Positions 11,901-25,200 of a stretch of DNA of 64,000 nucleotides are shown here, one piece after another. Location: the NCBI GenBank assembly GCA_043228905.1, contig JBHGNT010000068.1:1-64000 (forward strand), read 5' to 3'. How positions within the stretch are numbered: position 1 is the first letter of the stretch; every line of letters starts with the position of its first letter. Position numbers and translations under genes: made by a program. Origin of the DNA: Azolla caroliniana. Lineage: Eukaryota > Plantae > Polypodiophyta. The notes below the pieces were generated by a model. It searched no databases, was not told the origin of the DNA, and worked only from the letters and a program-made list of their open reading frames with translations.

Positions 11901-14560
11901 ACGGAGAAAACACATACAACTGTATAAAAGTACTGAAATAGATTTCCAGCTTGGATATAACGAATGTGTCCCATATCAAACCATAGCCTATTTAGATGAT
12001 GGGGCACAATGAATGATTGTGCAAGCAGGCTGAAAGAAAGAAAGAAAGTGGACTCGAAGACCAAACTGGCCAAATAGACCTATCAGACCAAACAAGAGAT
12101 TACATCTTCAAAACTGGCTCATTTTTAAGAGCATCAAACTAAAACGAATATAGCGAAATTTAGGATACTAGACTAGTACTAACGCAGAGAAAATAACTGC
12201 CAATGTCAGATTTCTACAAAATGTGCTCCGTGTATGATACAAAAGGTGATGTGGGGATTGCATAAAGTCTGTGGGCCTTCCATCTAAAACAACCGAATTA
12301 CCGAGTAAAATGACAAGTAATCAACATTGCACCATTGCTAAAGAAAAACGCGACAGCCAGTGCAAGCAACTTGTCATGACTAATAAAGTATTTTCGCACC
12401 CAGCGTATGAGTGACGTGGATGCTTGAACTAGAAGAACTATAACACAGCCCTGAGCACTAACGAAATCCTCATCTGGTCTCCCTGGATCAAATGGAAGAT
12501 AGAACAAAATCCTTGTATACTCGCATACCGATGGTCTTCACATGGTTTACTCGCATGGTCTCCCTGGATCAAATGGAAGATAGAACAAAATCCTTGTTTA
12601 CTCGCATACCGATGGTCTCCACTTTGGAGCAGCACATGTGGGAGATCTTTTACAGAAAAAACCTCCAGTCTATCTAAGTTTAGAGCCTTAAGTTCTTCGA
12701 TATACAGATTCTTTAATACCATATGTTTAGTTGCATTTATTTTGTTTTGTTCTCAAAGACAAGAAAACATTGTAAGATGTAATCTCTTGTTTGGTCTTAT
12801 AAACCATTTTGGCCTCTTAAAAAGTGTTAAAATAGCTCTCTTTCTCTCTCTAGCTTGTTCACACGGTGTTGAGGTGGCATAATGGCATCAGAACAAATAT
12901 GGAAATATGCACCATAAGCAAAGAAAACCTAGTGGAGGATGAATATCACTTACTTATTGCATGTTCAGCGCATAAGGTAATTCGCGAGAAATATGATAAC
13001 TTGTTTGACAGGCAGGATAAAGTAAGTCTCATACTCAAATGTACACCAAGACGTGTGAGCACATATATGTGCCTTATTTTCACACACATAGAGTTTTTAC
13101 TACAGAGTAGTAACCTCCCCTTCTTAGGAAGGAGTCGCATACAAGATAATATGTTGATTTGGTCCCATACACCAAATTTGGCTTCCTCATGGACAATAAA
13201 AAATCTATTCTATTCTCTCTCCTGATTTATCTCATAAGCCAATTTGCACATCCAACACATTAATCTCTCCCTCTCTGTAAATAGTATTTTACTATACAAT
13301 GTTACGGATATAAATTCACGATATCACCTTCAAATATGAGAGACATTGTATCAGTTATAAATGTTTGAATGTGGCACAAATAGGCCAGATATGGTGTACG
13401 TTAGATACTATTACTCTCTCTTTCTTTATATCATCATATATCTAGAGACGTAGTTATATACCTGCTGTTGTTGAGGCAGAGCGAAAATATTTGGAGTAGG
13501 AAAGGGCGCCTGATAGCCAGTTTGATATGTATATTGTGGAGGCTTTATAACAGTTGGTTGTACTTGAGGCTGGAATTGGGAAAATTGTTGAGGTTGCGGT
13601 GGATACTGAGAGTTCTGCTGCTGAAGATGAATGGGAACAGGGAAGTAAGAAGCTGATGGAGCTGTCGTTGAGGGTGGAAATGGTGCACTAGTTGCATAGG
13701 TGAACTGAGATGAGGTAGATACGTTTGGAACCGAACTCATTCCTCCAGGATTCACTAGCCATGGAGTTGTTGAACCAATAGGAGTACTGGGGACTGGTCT
13801 TGGAGGTGATGCCTGGCATTCACAATATGCAATGAACATTGTGTATGTGTGAATGTTTTTTAAAATATTGGAGAAATATTCTACGTATGTTATTGGAAAT
13901 GCTCTATCCATTTACATGTATTAAGAAAACAAAAATTAGGCGTAATTCTCAAAAATCTAAATCTTTTGACTGTTTTTACGACCAAAATTTTCCAAAGAGT
14001 AACCCAATTTTCCAATAAACTAAGGAATGACAAGCGACATTAGTCAAAAATATTCTCTATATTGACAAATTTCAAAAGATTAACCCAGTTCCACACACAT
14101 TCAGGATTTCATTACCTATAAGATTGCCAAACCTCATTTCCAATGACTAATTCCATATGGTATGTTGTTTATAAATTTTGACCCTGATGTTTACGTGGCA
14201 TTCATATATGCCATAAGGCATGTCGTATGGGACATGTTGGGACTTGTGGGATGGGGCATGGGGATGTAGCATACGGAATGGTGTATGATTATGTGTGCGA
14301 GCGATATATATATATACAAGTGTAAACAAAAAAAAGAAGTGGTATAGAACTCTTCTTTGGCAATTGAATCTGTTGCAAGGAGACAATACCTGAGGAATTG
14401 ATGGTGGAGAGATGATAGTGGGAGGATGAAGGCGAGGCGGCAGTGGAGATGGATTGAGCGGGGTAGCAGCTCCGACCCCTTCTGTGACTGAGGAGATGTC
14501 AGACCCCAGTTCTTTCATCTCCTGTTCGAACTTTTCTAACTCGCTTAAGAGCTTCGCCAT
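8971..14560 (-). CDS. RBM42: RNA-binding protein 42-like (single C-terminal RRM, Pro/Gln-rich N-terminus), ~342 aa
   Basis: Exons 14560-14390, 13812-13462, 11132-10955, 10451-10354, 9532-9436, 9172-9087 and 9018-8971 are all GT-AG and frame-consistent. The protein contains RKAAGQTWEDPTLSDWPENDYRLFCGDLGNEV...VRDKRTGKTKGYGFVSF...GKYVGNRPIKLRKS, diagnostic of RBM42. Confidence 0.93.
12034..12112 (-). mobile_element. Short LINE 3'-tail remnant ending in (TTTC)n, inside an RBM42 intron
   Basis: The reverse complement reads aagatgtaatctcttgtttggtctgataggtctatttggcc...tttctttctttc. It resembles the LINE 3' ends at 12774 and 43185-43240. Confidence 0.55.
12475..12618. repeat. Direct duplication of ~63 bp
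   Basis: tggtctccctggatcaaatggaagatagaacaaaatccttgt.tactcgcataccgatggtct occurs at ~12475 and ~12556. Confidence 0.8.
12774..13225 (+). mobile_element. Two head-to-tail LINE 3' remnants: a tail with a TC tract, then a zinc-finger C-terminus with its tail
   Basis: ORF 12866-13225 has EICTISKENLVEDEYHLLIACSAHKVIREKY, homologous to ERICRLCHIEIEDEYHFTCKCPTYAEIRAKY of the LINE at 32063-33232. A stem-loop tail lies at 13162-13194 and a TC tract at 12836-12851. Confidence 0.75.
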
Positions 14561-14642
14561 CTGCAGAAGAAGAAGCGGCTTACACTGATTTTCAGAGTCT
14601 GAGCAAGAGCGATCGATCGCTTTCTCTTTCTCTGTCTGTCTA

Positions 14643-14676
<34 letters not shown>

Positions 14677-17600
14677 CCTCTCTCTCTCTCAAAGGGTACA
14701 GGAAAATGCTAATGTAGTATACATACGTATTTATTCTCTCTTTACATGCATACATCCCATACAAGTAATTTGTAAAGAACATATACATTACCGAAATTAC
14801 CAAAATACCCCACCCGGGGCCAGCCCTCCCAACCAACATGATATTTCACATATATTCTAAACCTACCCCTATATTCTTGTTGAGATTTCTATGCCAGAAC
14901 CCAGTTTTCATGGAAACCCCCCTCTCCTACAATCTCCCTCTCTTTCTCTCTGCATTTCCGAGGTGTGTTGCAGGATCAGGCACAATTGTCATTGGATTGC
15001 TCGCCATATGCAATAGATCTCATTCACAAGGTGTGTTTAACTAAATAGAACTCATTTGCTCGTTTTGTTGGACTCCAAGGAGCATACATAGTTGAGATAC
15101 TAGAATACACCCATCCCATATAAAAATATGAAAATATAAACAATATAGATCATAGTTGGAGGAAACACATGAAATCATATTTAAGAATGCATAAGAATCT
15201 ATCTCTTTTTTTCACAATGTTTATTGTGTTGTATGAGTTTCTCATAGGTCTAGCAATCTTATAGTCAAATTTAATAAGATTATTCTATCTCCCTCAACGT
15301 AGCTTAGGATTTCTTGTTTTGTCTCACAAATTCAAACATGACCAAACATTTTCACTCAATATCTTTCTGGTTTTTTTCATTAATGAGTTAGAACAAACAA
15401 TCACCAAAGTTTGTAAAGCAAGAAGGTAAGGGTAAACCATGCATTGTGAGAATGAGCCACTCGAAACGATTTGTTTTGATGGATTGTATAACAAACATCA
15501 AACCACATAACCTTTAAGCCCATTAATAGCTACAAGAGAGACCTTGCATACCTTTGGAAGGGAGCGATCAATTTCTTGCAACTTAGTTGTGATCTTTGTT
15601 GCCACCAAGCATCAACGCCCATTAATAGTACCCACAACCTTTCTCACATCCACTTGCACAAAGTTGCAAGCCGCATGCATGCAACTCCTTGAGGAACTAA
15701 AAGGCAAAACTACCAACCAAGAAGCTCGAATATGTGATAAAAGTCTTCATTATGATGATGATTGGGGGATGATTGAGGTGAACGAATAGTACTACTAGGA
15801 GGTTTCCCACTATTCAAGAACATAGAGGTATTGATCATCAGTAATTTCATCATTGCAAAATATGAAACCCAGAAAAGGACGCATCCCTACACAATGACAA
15901 ACTATAAATTGAAACACTATAGGAGAAATTTCGATGAAATCATCATGTCACTATCACCATAAAATGATGAGCGACGAAATGCATGGAGGACCTAGATACT
16001 ACTAACAACATTAGGCCAGAACATAGGAGATGGATATTGTGGGGAATTGTTGTTATCATTTTATCATAAAATGACCCAAATTATCACATTTGAACGGTTG
16101 ACACGCAAAACATCCCCACTCCAATCAGCACTAGAATGAGCTCATATTTCTCTCACATGCACACATTACACCAATGGGATGCATTAATACATTCCTCCCT
16201 GAATGAGACTTTTTTATGATGCCAATTTATGATAGCTTGGCAAAGATATGGAGGTTTTCATTTCACACATTACACTATATATGATACACACAAACTAGAG
16301 ACTGTGCAATCTTCTTCTCTAAATTCGGAAACCACACTCACTAATACATGCCAAAACCCATCTCGTTTTTGCCATCTACACCATTGCTCCATAACCCCTA
16401 CTAAACAACCTTGGCACACCATGCTCTTCTAGAGTGAGATGTCCAAAACAAGTTTCATTGCTTTCCATTTAGAAGATATTGTCTAATTAACCTTGGTTCC
16501 ACACTCGAGAGATAGATAGCTATGTGTTGACCCCGGCGTCTAACTAAACCTTGGTTGGTTCTTGCTTTGGGTGAAATGAGGAGACATAAGGAGGCGTCAC
16601 TCATTTGGTTTTTCTATGCTTTGGATATACTAAAGTGCTGGGCCCTTTTTTTGGCCATTCACTCTAGTAACAACTCACATACTCCAACAAAACCAACTTG
16701 TACCCCAACTCCCTTACACTTACAGGAGTTTTTGTGTTTTTTTAGGAGGCCATTATATCATGCAGATGATGTTCAACAGATAAATTGCCCCACATTGGTG
16801 ATCATGCCACAATCGGTGAATCCACTTTTATTTCCTCTCTTTAATGGACACTGTCTCGATCATGTGATATTCTCGCCAATCTTAAAAATCGATGAGATTT
16901 TGGTACTCATTTGTACTACATATCTTGCTTGGGCTGAGATTTGGCACATCTATTCCTTTCTTTAAAGACATGGCAATGCAATAATGCTGTATCCATTGTT
17001 TTACCTTATAAACGTTGCGAGACATTGATCTGCGAATCGATGGAATATATATTGTTTCATTCGTATGCGATCCGAGTACCGAAAACATGAAAGATAAAAT
17101 GTGGACTGTTAATGATGCCGCTTGGATTGTGGGAAATTTGTTAATGATTCCCCTTCCATTGTGAGGCAATACAGTGAGTAGTCTGTGTAATTATGATCTC
17201 AAGATCACAGCTAGATATAGATAGATTGAAAGATAGATAGATGGATAGATTGATTGATTGATTGATCGTGAGGATGCGAGTAAGTTCATGTATCGATCAG
17301 TTTGATGGCGATGTACGAGTAGTAGTGCTGTGTGGACCTATTCACTTTATAGGGCCTTAGGGTAAAGTAGGGTAGGCGGCTGCAATGGCTATGGCGAAGA
17401 GACGGAGACACGTTATGCATATTTCTTATCATATTCGTATTGCTGCAGCATAATTGAGAAGAAAGTGGGCGATTCGCAATCATCATAATCGCAAACAAAA
17501 CAAAAAAAATGTATGCATCCATTATTTTGGGCGATTGCCTGACTTCACAAGAAAAGGAAGGAAAGAAGGAACACTTCTTTTTATGTTCGGTCCAAATCGT

Positions 17601-17888
17601 CTTTTTTCATCTTTATCAGACAGAATATTATGATTATTCTTCACGATCATACCATTGATTGATTGATTGATTGATTGATTGATCACGAGTGCATGCAGGC
17701 ACCAGGGATCATCTCATTGATCAATCCGCAGACATTAAACAAAATGGGTTAATAATGTAAAAGCCGGTATTTATCCATTTTTAATCAACACACGATCGAT
17801 TCTCTTGCTAAATTTAAGACCAATCTTATTTTTGCTAAATTCTAATTCTGGCTGATCAAGTTACCAATCATTATATATATATAGCGTG

Positions 17889-17950
17889 AGAGAGAGAGAG
17901 AAAGATATATGAACGTCTTTCTAAGGCCAAAATTGGGACTGTGTAAGAAT
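17889..17950 (-). mobile_element. Degenerate LINE 3' tail just upstream of FRO
   Basis: The reverse complement ...ccaattttggccttagaaagacgttcatatatctttctctctctct matches the LINE tail tggccttagaagacgttaatacacctttc at 31861-31906. Confidence 0.55.
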
Positions 17951-18127
17951 ATAAATAGATCAAATACTTGCAATAAAACACTATACTCAAACTAACCTTA
18001 AACTTTTATATTTCCAGTTCATATATATTATATGCTATGGGCTAATTACATCATTCCCTAATTAAGTATCTGTCTCTGATTTAAGGAGATCCGGAATCTC
18101 GCCAATCATCAGATATAAGTCAATTGT

Positions 18128-21100
18128 ATGGAAATGGGATCCGTAGAATTGAAGCAATTCGAGGTTTTAAGGAGGACTCATGGTGGGATTCGATTAGTGC
18201 TATGGATTGTGATTTGGATAGCGAGCTTTTGGTGGGTTTCGTGGTGGATCATCTCGTCCAATCGTCCTCGATCTTCCATTGATGCAAAGACCATGATCGA
18301 TCAGTTTAATGCAGCCCTTACCATTCGCTCATTTGGGCTCCATGATGTGCACACCCTTCTTATCACTCAATTGGGCCTCCTCAACTCTCGATTAGTCTTT
18401 GGGACCGATGAGAAATATGGTAAGTTACAGCTACACACTGTAACTGATTTATATAGCCACGCACATTTCCTTTACATTATGAATTAAGAGAAAATCATGA
18501 GCCCACGCGTGGTACTAACAGAGTTACTATTTTGTAGGGTCTGCGTTCTTGTTCCAAGCCCTTCCTTTCATTGTTGTGGCCATCTGTAGCTATGGCTTGA
18601 TTGAGCTCAACCGATTCGAGAAGAAGAAGAAGAAGAAGAAGAACATGATGATGAAGTAATTATAGCTCTGTTTTCTGGCCCTTAATTGTAATCATCAATG
18701 GTCTGTTGATTTACAGTAGCTGTCTCCTTTTAATAAGATCATAATGTACAACTAATTCAATATCAATGCTGCTAATCATTAATGTATACATAACATTGGA
18801 ATGCAGAAAATGCTCCATTGGCATTGGTAGCAGTAATATCGACGATAATGATGATGGTACCCTAATTTACCCTAGATCACAATCAGTAGGTACTGCAGGC
18901 ATTAATCATAATATGTGGAGCATCATGCAGCAGAAGATGAGCCTCATGAAAACCTATCCATTGGTGGTGAAGAGCCCCTTGGGGGTACTCACTGCAGCGG
19001 AGGTGATCATCATCCTCGCATTTCTGCTGTTCCTAGTCTATACATTCAGTCGGAGAACATATCTCGACTTCATCGTGCTCGACGATAAATTCAAGAAGCT
19101 GCCCAACAAATTTAAAGCCATTCCCTTGTAAGAATCAACTAGCTAAAGATCCATCTGATTATTATTAAGTAATTGCTATAAGGAATGATGTATGTGTCTA
19201 CATAATCATCTTATAAAATCTCTGCTATTGATGTGGGGAGAGAGTAATAATTGGGGGCTGTGATTTAGTATTGAAGCCACTGATTAAATCAGCTTTGAAC
19301 ATACACAAATTCATCAGGCCTGCAGCCAAACTCGGGAGAGCGTCCTACAACATTGCTCGGTCGGCTTTGATTCCTTTCGCACTTCTATGGATTCCAGTGT
19401 CGAGGGGATCTCCGTTCCTGCGTCTTCTCCAGATTCCGTTCGAGCGCGCGGTGAGATACCACACATGGCTCGCGACGATCATGATCTCCTTGCTCACAAT
19501 GCATGGAGCAGGCTACATCATCTTCTATGTCACCATTAGTAGATCCTACAAGGTAGAATTATTAATTTATAAGGGTCTTTGGTGAGTAAGAAATCACTAC
19601 ACTACATTTCTACAAGCTTGGCTGATTTCTCTTTGTGATGGGTAATGTAAATAATAATCAGATAATCTCCTGGGAGACAGATGTGGAGTCATGTTCTGTG
19701 GTTGCAGGCGTGGCGGCATTGGGTGTTGGGCTCGCCATGGCCGTGACGGCCCAGCCGGTTGTCCGGCGCAGGTGCTACGAGCTCTTCCTCTTCTCGCATG
19801 TCCTCCTGTCCCCGCTCTTCTTCATATTGGCCCTCTACCACGCCATATGGGCTCTCCACTTCTTCGTCCTCCCCGTCCTCCTCTTCCTCGTCGATCGCTT
19901 CCTCCGCTTCTTGCAATCGCGCCGCCTCTCGCGGGTCGTGTCCGCACGCATCCTCCATGAAAATGCCGGTGCCATGGAGCTCCACATAGCACTCCCTACT
20001 CATGATGATGATGATGACGATGAGGAGGAGGAGGAGCAATCTGTACTAAGCAGCTGGTTTTTGTGCTTTCCTAGTGTGTCCAAGCTACAATGGCACATGT
20101 TCAGCTCCGTCGGCTGCTCTACAGCTGCTAGTCCCATCGTATCTGATCGTGGGCATCGACTCCTCGTGCTCACATTCATAATCAAACCTGTCGGCAATTG
20201 GACTCGCCGATTGAAGGAACAACTCATCGGAGCCTCCCACGGCACACCCATTACACCTCCTATAACCACGAACGTGACGATGCATGATGGAAAACAGAAC
20301 CAAATTAGTAGCAGCTCTGATGGGAGCCTCGAATCGGATCTGCAATATGATGGGAATCGGATCGGTAGGTCGAGATTCTATTCTTCGAGGAATCATCGCT
20401 CACCGTGTCCGATGATGTTCTCCTTTAAAGCAGGGCTCGAGGGCCCCTACGGCTACGAATCCAACTTCTACTTGAAGTGAGCTTATTATATGACTCTTTT
20501 AACTCCATGGATCAATAATGTATACAGTGATCACATGTGCTGCATGAACATCTTATCAGTGTTTAAATTTGTTTTGAGCAGTAGCTGTAGAGTGATAGTG
20601 TGTATGATTTTCATGGGTTTTATATGTATTATTCAAGAGATATTGTAATGTGCCCAATGGTTTCATTGTCTAGGTACAAAACCCTGGTACTCATTGGTGG
20701 TGGCATTGGAATTACTCCCCTACTAGCTGTTCTCCGGGACCTCCTCGTTCGACATCACCGGCATCACGGACATTTGCCGAAATCCATCAAGCTGTATCAC
20801 TGTGTCCGTCATGCCGATGAGCTCTCCATTCTCAACTCCGTTGATCCGAACCAGCTTTCGCCCAACTATGAAAAGCAAGGGCTCAGCATACGTGTCTTCG
20901 CATATGTCACAGCTCAGCCCATGGGAGACATCGAGCTCGGGGTACAAGCCGGATCAACCGTTGCTGTCGATCGGGATGTGGAAAACGGGCCAATGTCCAA
21001 GGATCATAATAAAGAAACTACAGCTGATCATCCGAGGAATGAGGGTGTATATGACCTTGCGGCATTCGATCGCAGAGGACTCCATTGTCCGAGTAGGTCA

Positions 21101-22047
21101 CCGGAAATACGAGGATTGAGGCTGGGCAATGAGGAATCCACCACACCTCCACAAGGAGTACATGACCAACAAAAAGTGGGAGGTGCTACTCAACAAAAGG
21201 TCCCACTAGTGCAGGTGCAAGGTGATGGACATGGACATGCATTGGTGAGGGGCACTAATATGATGGGTAATCGAGGAGAGCCAATGTGGGTGGCCTCCAC
21301 CATGGCGTGCAGCATTGTGGGGTTCTATGTGTTGTGGGGTGTGTCCACCATCTTGATGGTGAGGATGAAGAAGAGATTGTTGTTGAATTATGAGGAAGCA
21401 CATGTGGTGGTAGCAAGCATGGTTTTGGCTACTCTCCTCTTTGGGGGCTTCATCGTCTTGATCTGGGAAATCATGAACAATAAGAAGAAGGACAAGAACA
21501 AGAACAAGAAGAGTTTGCCACCAACTCACCACCACATTAGCACCTATTATAAGTCTCCAACTAATATTAGTGCAGCTACTAGTCACATCCATGGTGGTCA
21601 TGGTGAAGACTCTAAGTTCCTTGGAGGCCACCAATGTATAACTACCACAAGTCCCACTACATGTTACACCTCTCCTTGGTGCGGAACTTTGCAGTTCGGA
21701 TCTCGCCCTCCATGGACCGGTTCGTATTCATCCCATGTATATTTTGTAGTACCGTCATTAATTGAATTGTCTCTAATGTTGCTAAAGGAACATGTTTATA
21801 TTGGATGGAACCTTAATATATATATATACATATATATAGTTATGAATCCCGTTATCATTCTTCTCTTGTAGACATTTTCGAAGCTCTAGCAAAGGAGTAC
21901 CGTGGGGAAAATATCGGTGTAATAGTTTCTGGACCACAGGGCATGCAATTTGATGTTGCAAAAGAATGCAAGAGGCAAACTAAGTTCTTTGGGGTCAACA
22001 ACACTTCCAATGTCTTCCACTATCATAGTGTGAGCTTTGAAATTTGA
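18128..22047 (+). CDS. FRO: Ferric reduction oxidase (FRO-family flavocytochrome), 7 coding exons
   Basis: Exons 18128-18419, 18538-18655, 18807-19127, 19318-19552, 19662-20476, 20674-21719 and 21872-22047 are phase-consistent GT-AG. Motifs present: PVSRGS, heme His pairs (RYHTW..MHG; SHVL..YHA), QWHMFS, EGPYG, GGGIGITP, VIVSGP and C-terminal FHYHSVSFEI. Confidence 0.92.
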
Positions 22048-23211
22048 TCTTTGCATCATTGTAACAAATGTGTGACTCCTCTAACTCTGACTAACAATAA
22101 CATTGGTCATCAACAAATCACATCGTCACAATTAACTCTTATACTTTGGAGTCTGGATGAAAGAGTTCTAGATTTCCACTATGAAATGCCAAACGCATTT
22201 ATAAATACCCCCATAAACCATTAGGCGACCATATAAAACAAACAACAATAAAAATACATAGATTTAACATTTCCAAATTCTCCCTCCTTTTTTAGATTTA
22301 TCCATTCATTTGGAAAGGGTTTGGAGTTTTTTTTAGCATTAGGAAATGTGTGTGGGCATGCACATTAGACTGATCAAATGTTTTTAATAATAAGTTAAAT
22401 TATATTATTTTGTATGTGAATTATGAGTCATCCATTAGATTGAATACGTTACAAGAATGGAAATAATTTTGTCTCCCTAAAGATTCTTGTTGTGAATGTC
22501 ACATTTTCTTCTTAAAACTTTTGAAGGTTGTAGAGCAACGCTTTTCTACCATCCTAATCCTATCTACAAATACCTTTTTGTAGTGCAACAACTGGATGCT
22601 ACTACTACCACTAGTATCACCCCCACAACCATTCTTTCTAGACAAGCTTTTAGTGCATTATTTTCCTTTTTTAGGGAGATGTGTGATTTGACATGATAGA
22701 TTTTAGCTTTTCTTCTTCATGCCATGATATTAGCTTTCATACTTGTTGCAAGTACAATGCTACAATCATCCGCCCTAGCATTATGAGATGTTTGATGCAA
22801 TAATGATTGGTACACATGGATCACTTGGGGTTCATAATACATATGTGAGTGAAGTTTCACACTCAACAAGTTTTCAATTTATACTTTAGTTGCATCTACA
22901 TAATTCAACAAACAAGCACTAACTTATCTGAATACGTCTTGACTTACATGAGTACTTCAACAATCAACAAATGTTCATCGAAATGGTATGTGCACATCAA
23001 ACACACATGGGATTCATTACATTCTAACATTGGGCTTATATTTGTGAACACCATTTAAACACAATCAAACGAGTCACATACTTGTTTTGCATTTATTAGA
23101 GTTATGTGTTCGCCTCTTGAGCCACCAAAGATATGACTTTCATATGTTTTCGCTTCACAAAGAAGTCATATTTATTGTTGATTATCAAATTTGTAATTGT
23201 GTTTTATGTTA

Positions 23212-24385
23212 TTTTCTTTTCTTTTTCTTTTTTTTCAAAATGAAGCTACTTTCCCATTAGTTAGGAAGGATTATTACATAGAGAGTCTACAAAGAGACTT
23301 ATGCACACATCGGGGAGTCTTCCTCCGATCAAGTATAAGAAGATGAGCCTACTTACAATGCCTTGCGGCATAACTTAATGTAAGAAGCTACCTATATCCA
23401 AGGCGATGCCCTTCAATGTTGCCTAGTACGAGTCGGCTCTTGGGGCCTACAACGAAGACAGGGTGGCAGGTGAGTAGGAAACAACCAACGTGGGGGCTGG
23501 TAGTTCCACCTCGGGCCACTCCCGCCTTGCATCACCATAGGTGTGTTCCGCCATTTCTGACAAAAGCGCAAACGGGCAATGACCACGTCATTGGAGTGGT
23601 TGCAAACCTCTTCCAATTGCCCTCGTAGGCAACTGATAAGCACGAACCATATGTCCATGATCACTTCCTCCGGGAGGGCGTACTGTACCTTGGAAAACCT
23701 TGAGGCAACGCGCTTTCCATATATACCACAAGGTGAAACCTACGATCAACATCCAGATTTCCGGAAACCTAGGGGATGCGGGCTGCAACCCTCTTTCAAA
23801 ATGGATCTTGACGATTTTGCCTCTCGTGCATACATAGCACCAACTATCCGCATTGATGGCATCCGTCCACCCTTTGACCGAGTGATCAATCCATGCCGCA
23901 GCGTTCCACGAGGCTGTTCCTTCAACTTCACATGCCGCAAGGAGGCGAGTTACTCTATCCCATACCTTTTGAGCTTGAGGGCAATCCCACAGACAATGTC
24001 TCAGAGTCTCAATAGGTCGAGAGCACAGTGGGCAACCTAACGGGCCGCCACGTTTATCTAGCCATTCGCCAACGGGCACCACATTATGACCGATCTGCCA
24101 CCAAAAGAGCTTGATCTTTTCAGGCATGTGGAAACACCAGAGACCCTTCCAAAAGGTAATGAGCGCCTCTTCGGGGATGCCCAATGTTCGCCAGCCATTG
24201 CGAAGGGGGCCGCCTAGCTGCAACTGCAAAGTCCGACCCAATTTAGTGGTGTAATCGAAGAAGTGGTGGAGTCTATCGTCATGTTTCCATCTGAAATCCC
24301 CTGGGTCCCAATCCAGATCGACAAGGAGGCGACAGTCGTATACCCTTAACCTCCAATGGGGTTCCACCTTAGCAACATCCGGGTT
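23212..24385 (-). mobile_element. 5'-truncated L1-clade LINE (zf-RVT C-terminal region) with an A-rich tail
   Basis: ORF 23588-24478 contains FWKGLW..PEKIKLFWWQIGHNVVPV..CPLCSRPIETLRHCLWDCP..VW, the zf-RVT pattern. The T-rich run at 23212-23236 on + is an A-rich tail on -. Boundaries are approximate. Confidence 0.8.
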
Positions 24386-24569
24386 TGTCTTATGTTTTAT
24401 GTTATTGTGAAATGCACATAAGGGAACAGATGCACACCACATTATCATCATAATAATCAAGCTAAGATGTTTTATCACAAACTACGTAAACAACATTCAC
24501 ATTAATCATTTTTCCAAGTATAGCAATGGTAATTATGGTGGATACTGTCCTCACCAACAATGATATGTG

Positions 24570-25170
24570 TGTTGGGATTACAGTCCCTTCGGATGGGATG
24601 ATCGGATGTCGGAGATGAATGCCGACGAGCCCGGTTTCGGTTTCGGAACCGGATGATGGAGACCCCGGCTTCGGAGCCGGATGACGAATGTACCCGGAGA
24701 GAGATCCGGATGCGGGGACATATCCGTGAATATGTTTGCTAAGGGCCCTTGAGGCTATAGTTGTAAATAGCCCCAAAGTCATATGTGTATAAATATGACT
24801 TAGGGCAAACAGTTTTAATGTTGCTATTATTTTTCTGTTTTTCCACTCAAGAGGAGTGAAGAGAGAGCAGCCGTGAGAGAGATAGAGCGTGAGAGAGGAA
24901 GAGGTCGACGCCTCTGTGTATTTCCGCCGCCTGTGGCGAGGACAGCGAGCTCAAGGTCGTCGCCTTGCAGCTCGCCATTGTATATTTCTCTGTGCATAAG
25001 TTTGATTTGGAGTCTTGTACTCCCGTGGTTTTTCCCGTACAGGGTTTTCCACGTTAAATCGTGTGTCCACTCTATTTTTCGCATTTCCCATTTTACTGCA
25101 ACAACGATTCGTGTGTTTCCTTGGTTGTAGTCGAGAGGTGAAGTTTGGAAAGTGTCGATTGTTTCCATCA
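24570..25170 (+). repeat. 5' LTR of the intact copia element
   Basis: Runs tgttggg...ccatca and matches 29264-29864 except at two mismatches I found (24633/29327 and 25131/29825). TATA-like tataaat at 24788-24794. Confidence 0.97.
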
Positions 25171-25173
25171 ATT

Positions 25174-25185
25174 TGGTATCAGAGC
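25174..25185 (+). other. Primer-binding site (tRNA-iMet type)
   Basis: tggtatcagagc lies 3 bp after the 5' LTR. Confidence 0.92.
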
Positions 25186-25200
25186 GAGTTGCTGTAGAAA

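Noticed and set aside
12086-12796. 23 bp perfect inverted repeat (12086-12108 / 12774-12796) suggesting MITE TIRs
   Set aside because: It is better explained as two oppositely oriented LINE 3' tails, each followed outward by a stem-loop remnant and a pyrimidine repeat. I saw no TSD.
14147-14839. 230 aa ORF as a stand-alone gene
   Set aside because: Only 14390-14560 is coding (RBM42 exon 1). The rest is intron and microsatellite read-through.
15000-17200. Possible decayed transposon or pseudogene
   Set aside because: Only short ORFs with no motif I can recognise, so no call can be supported.
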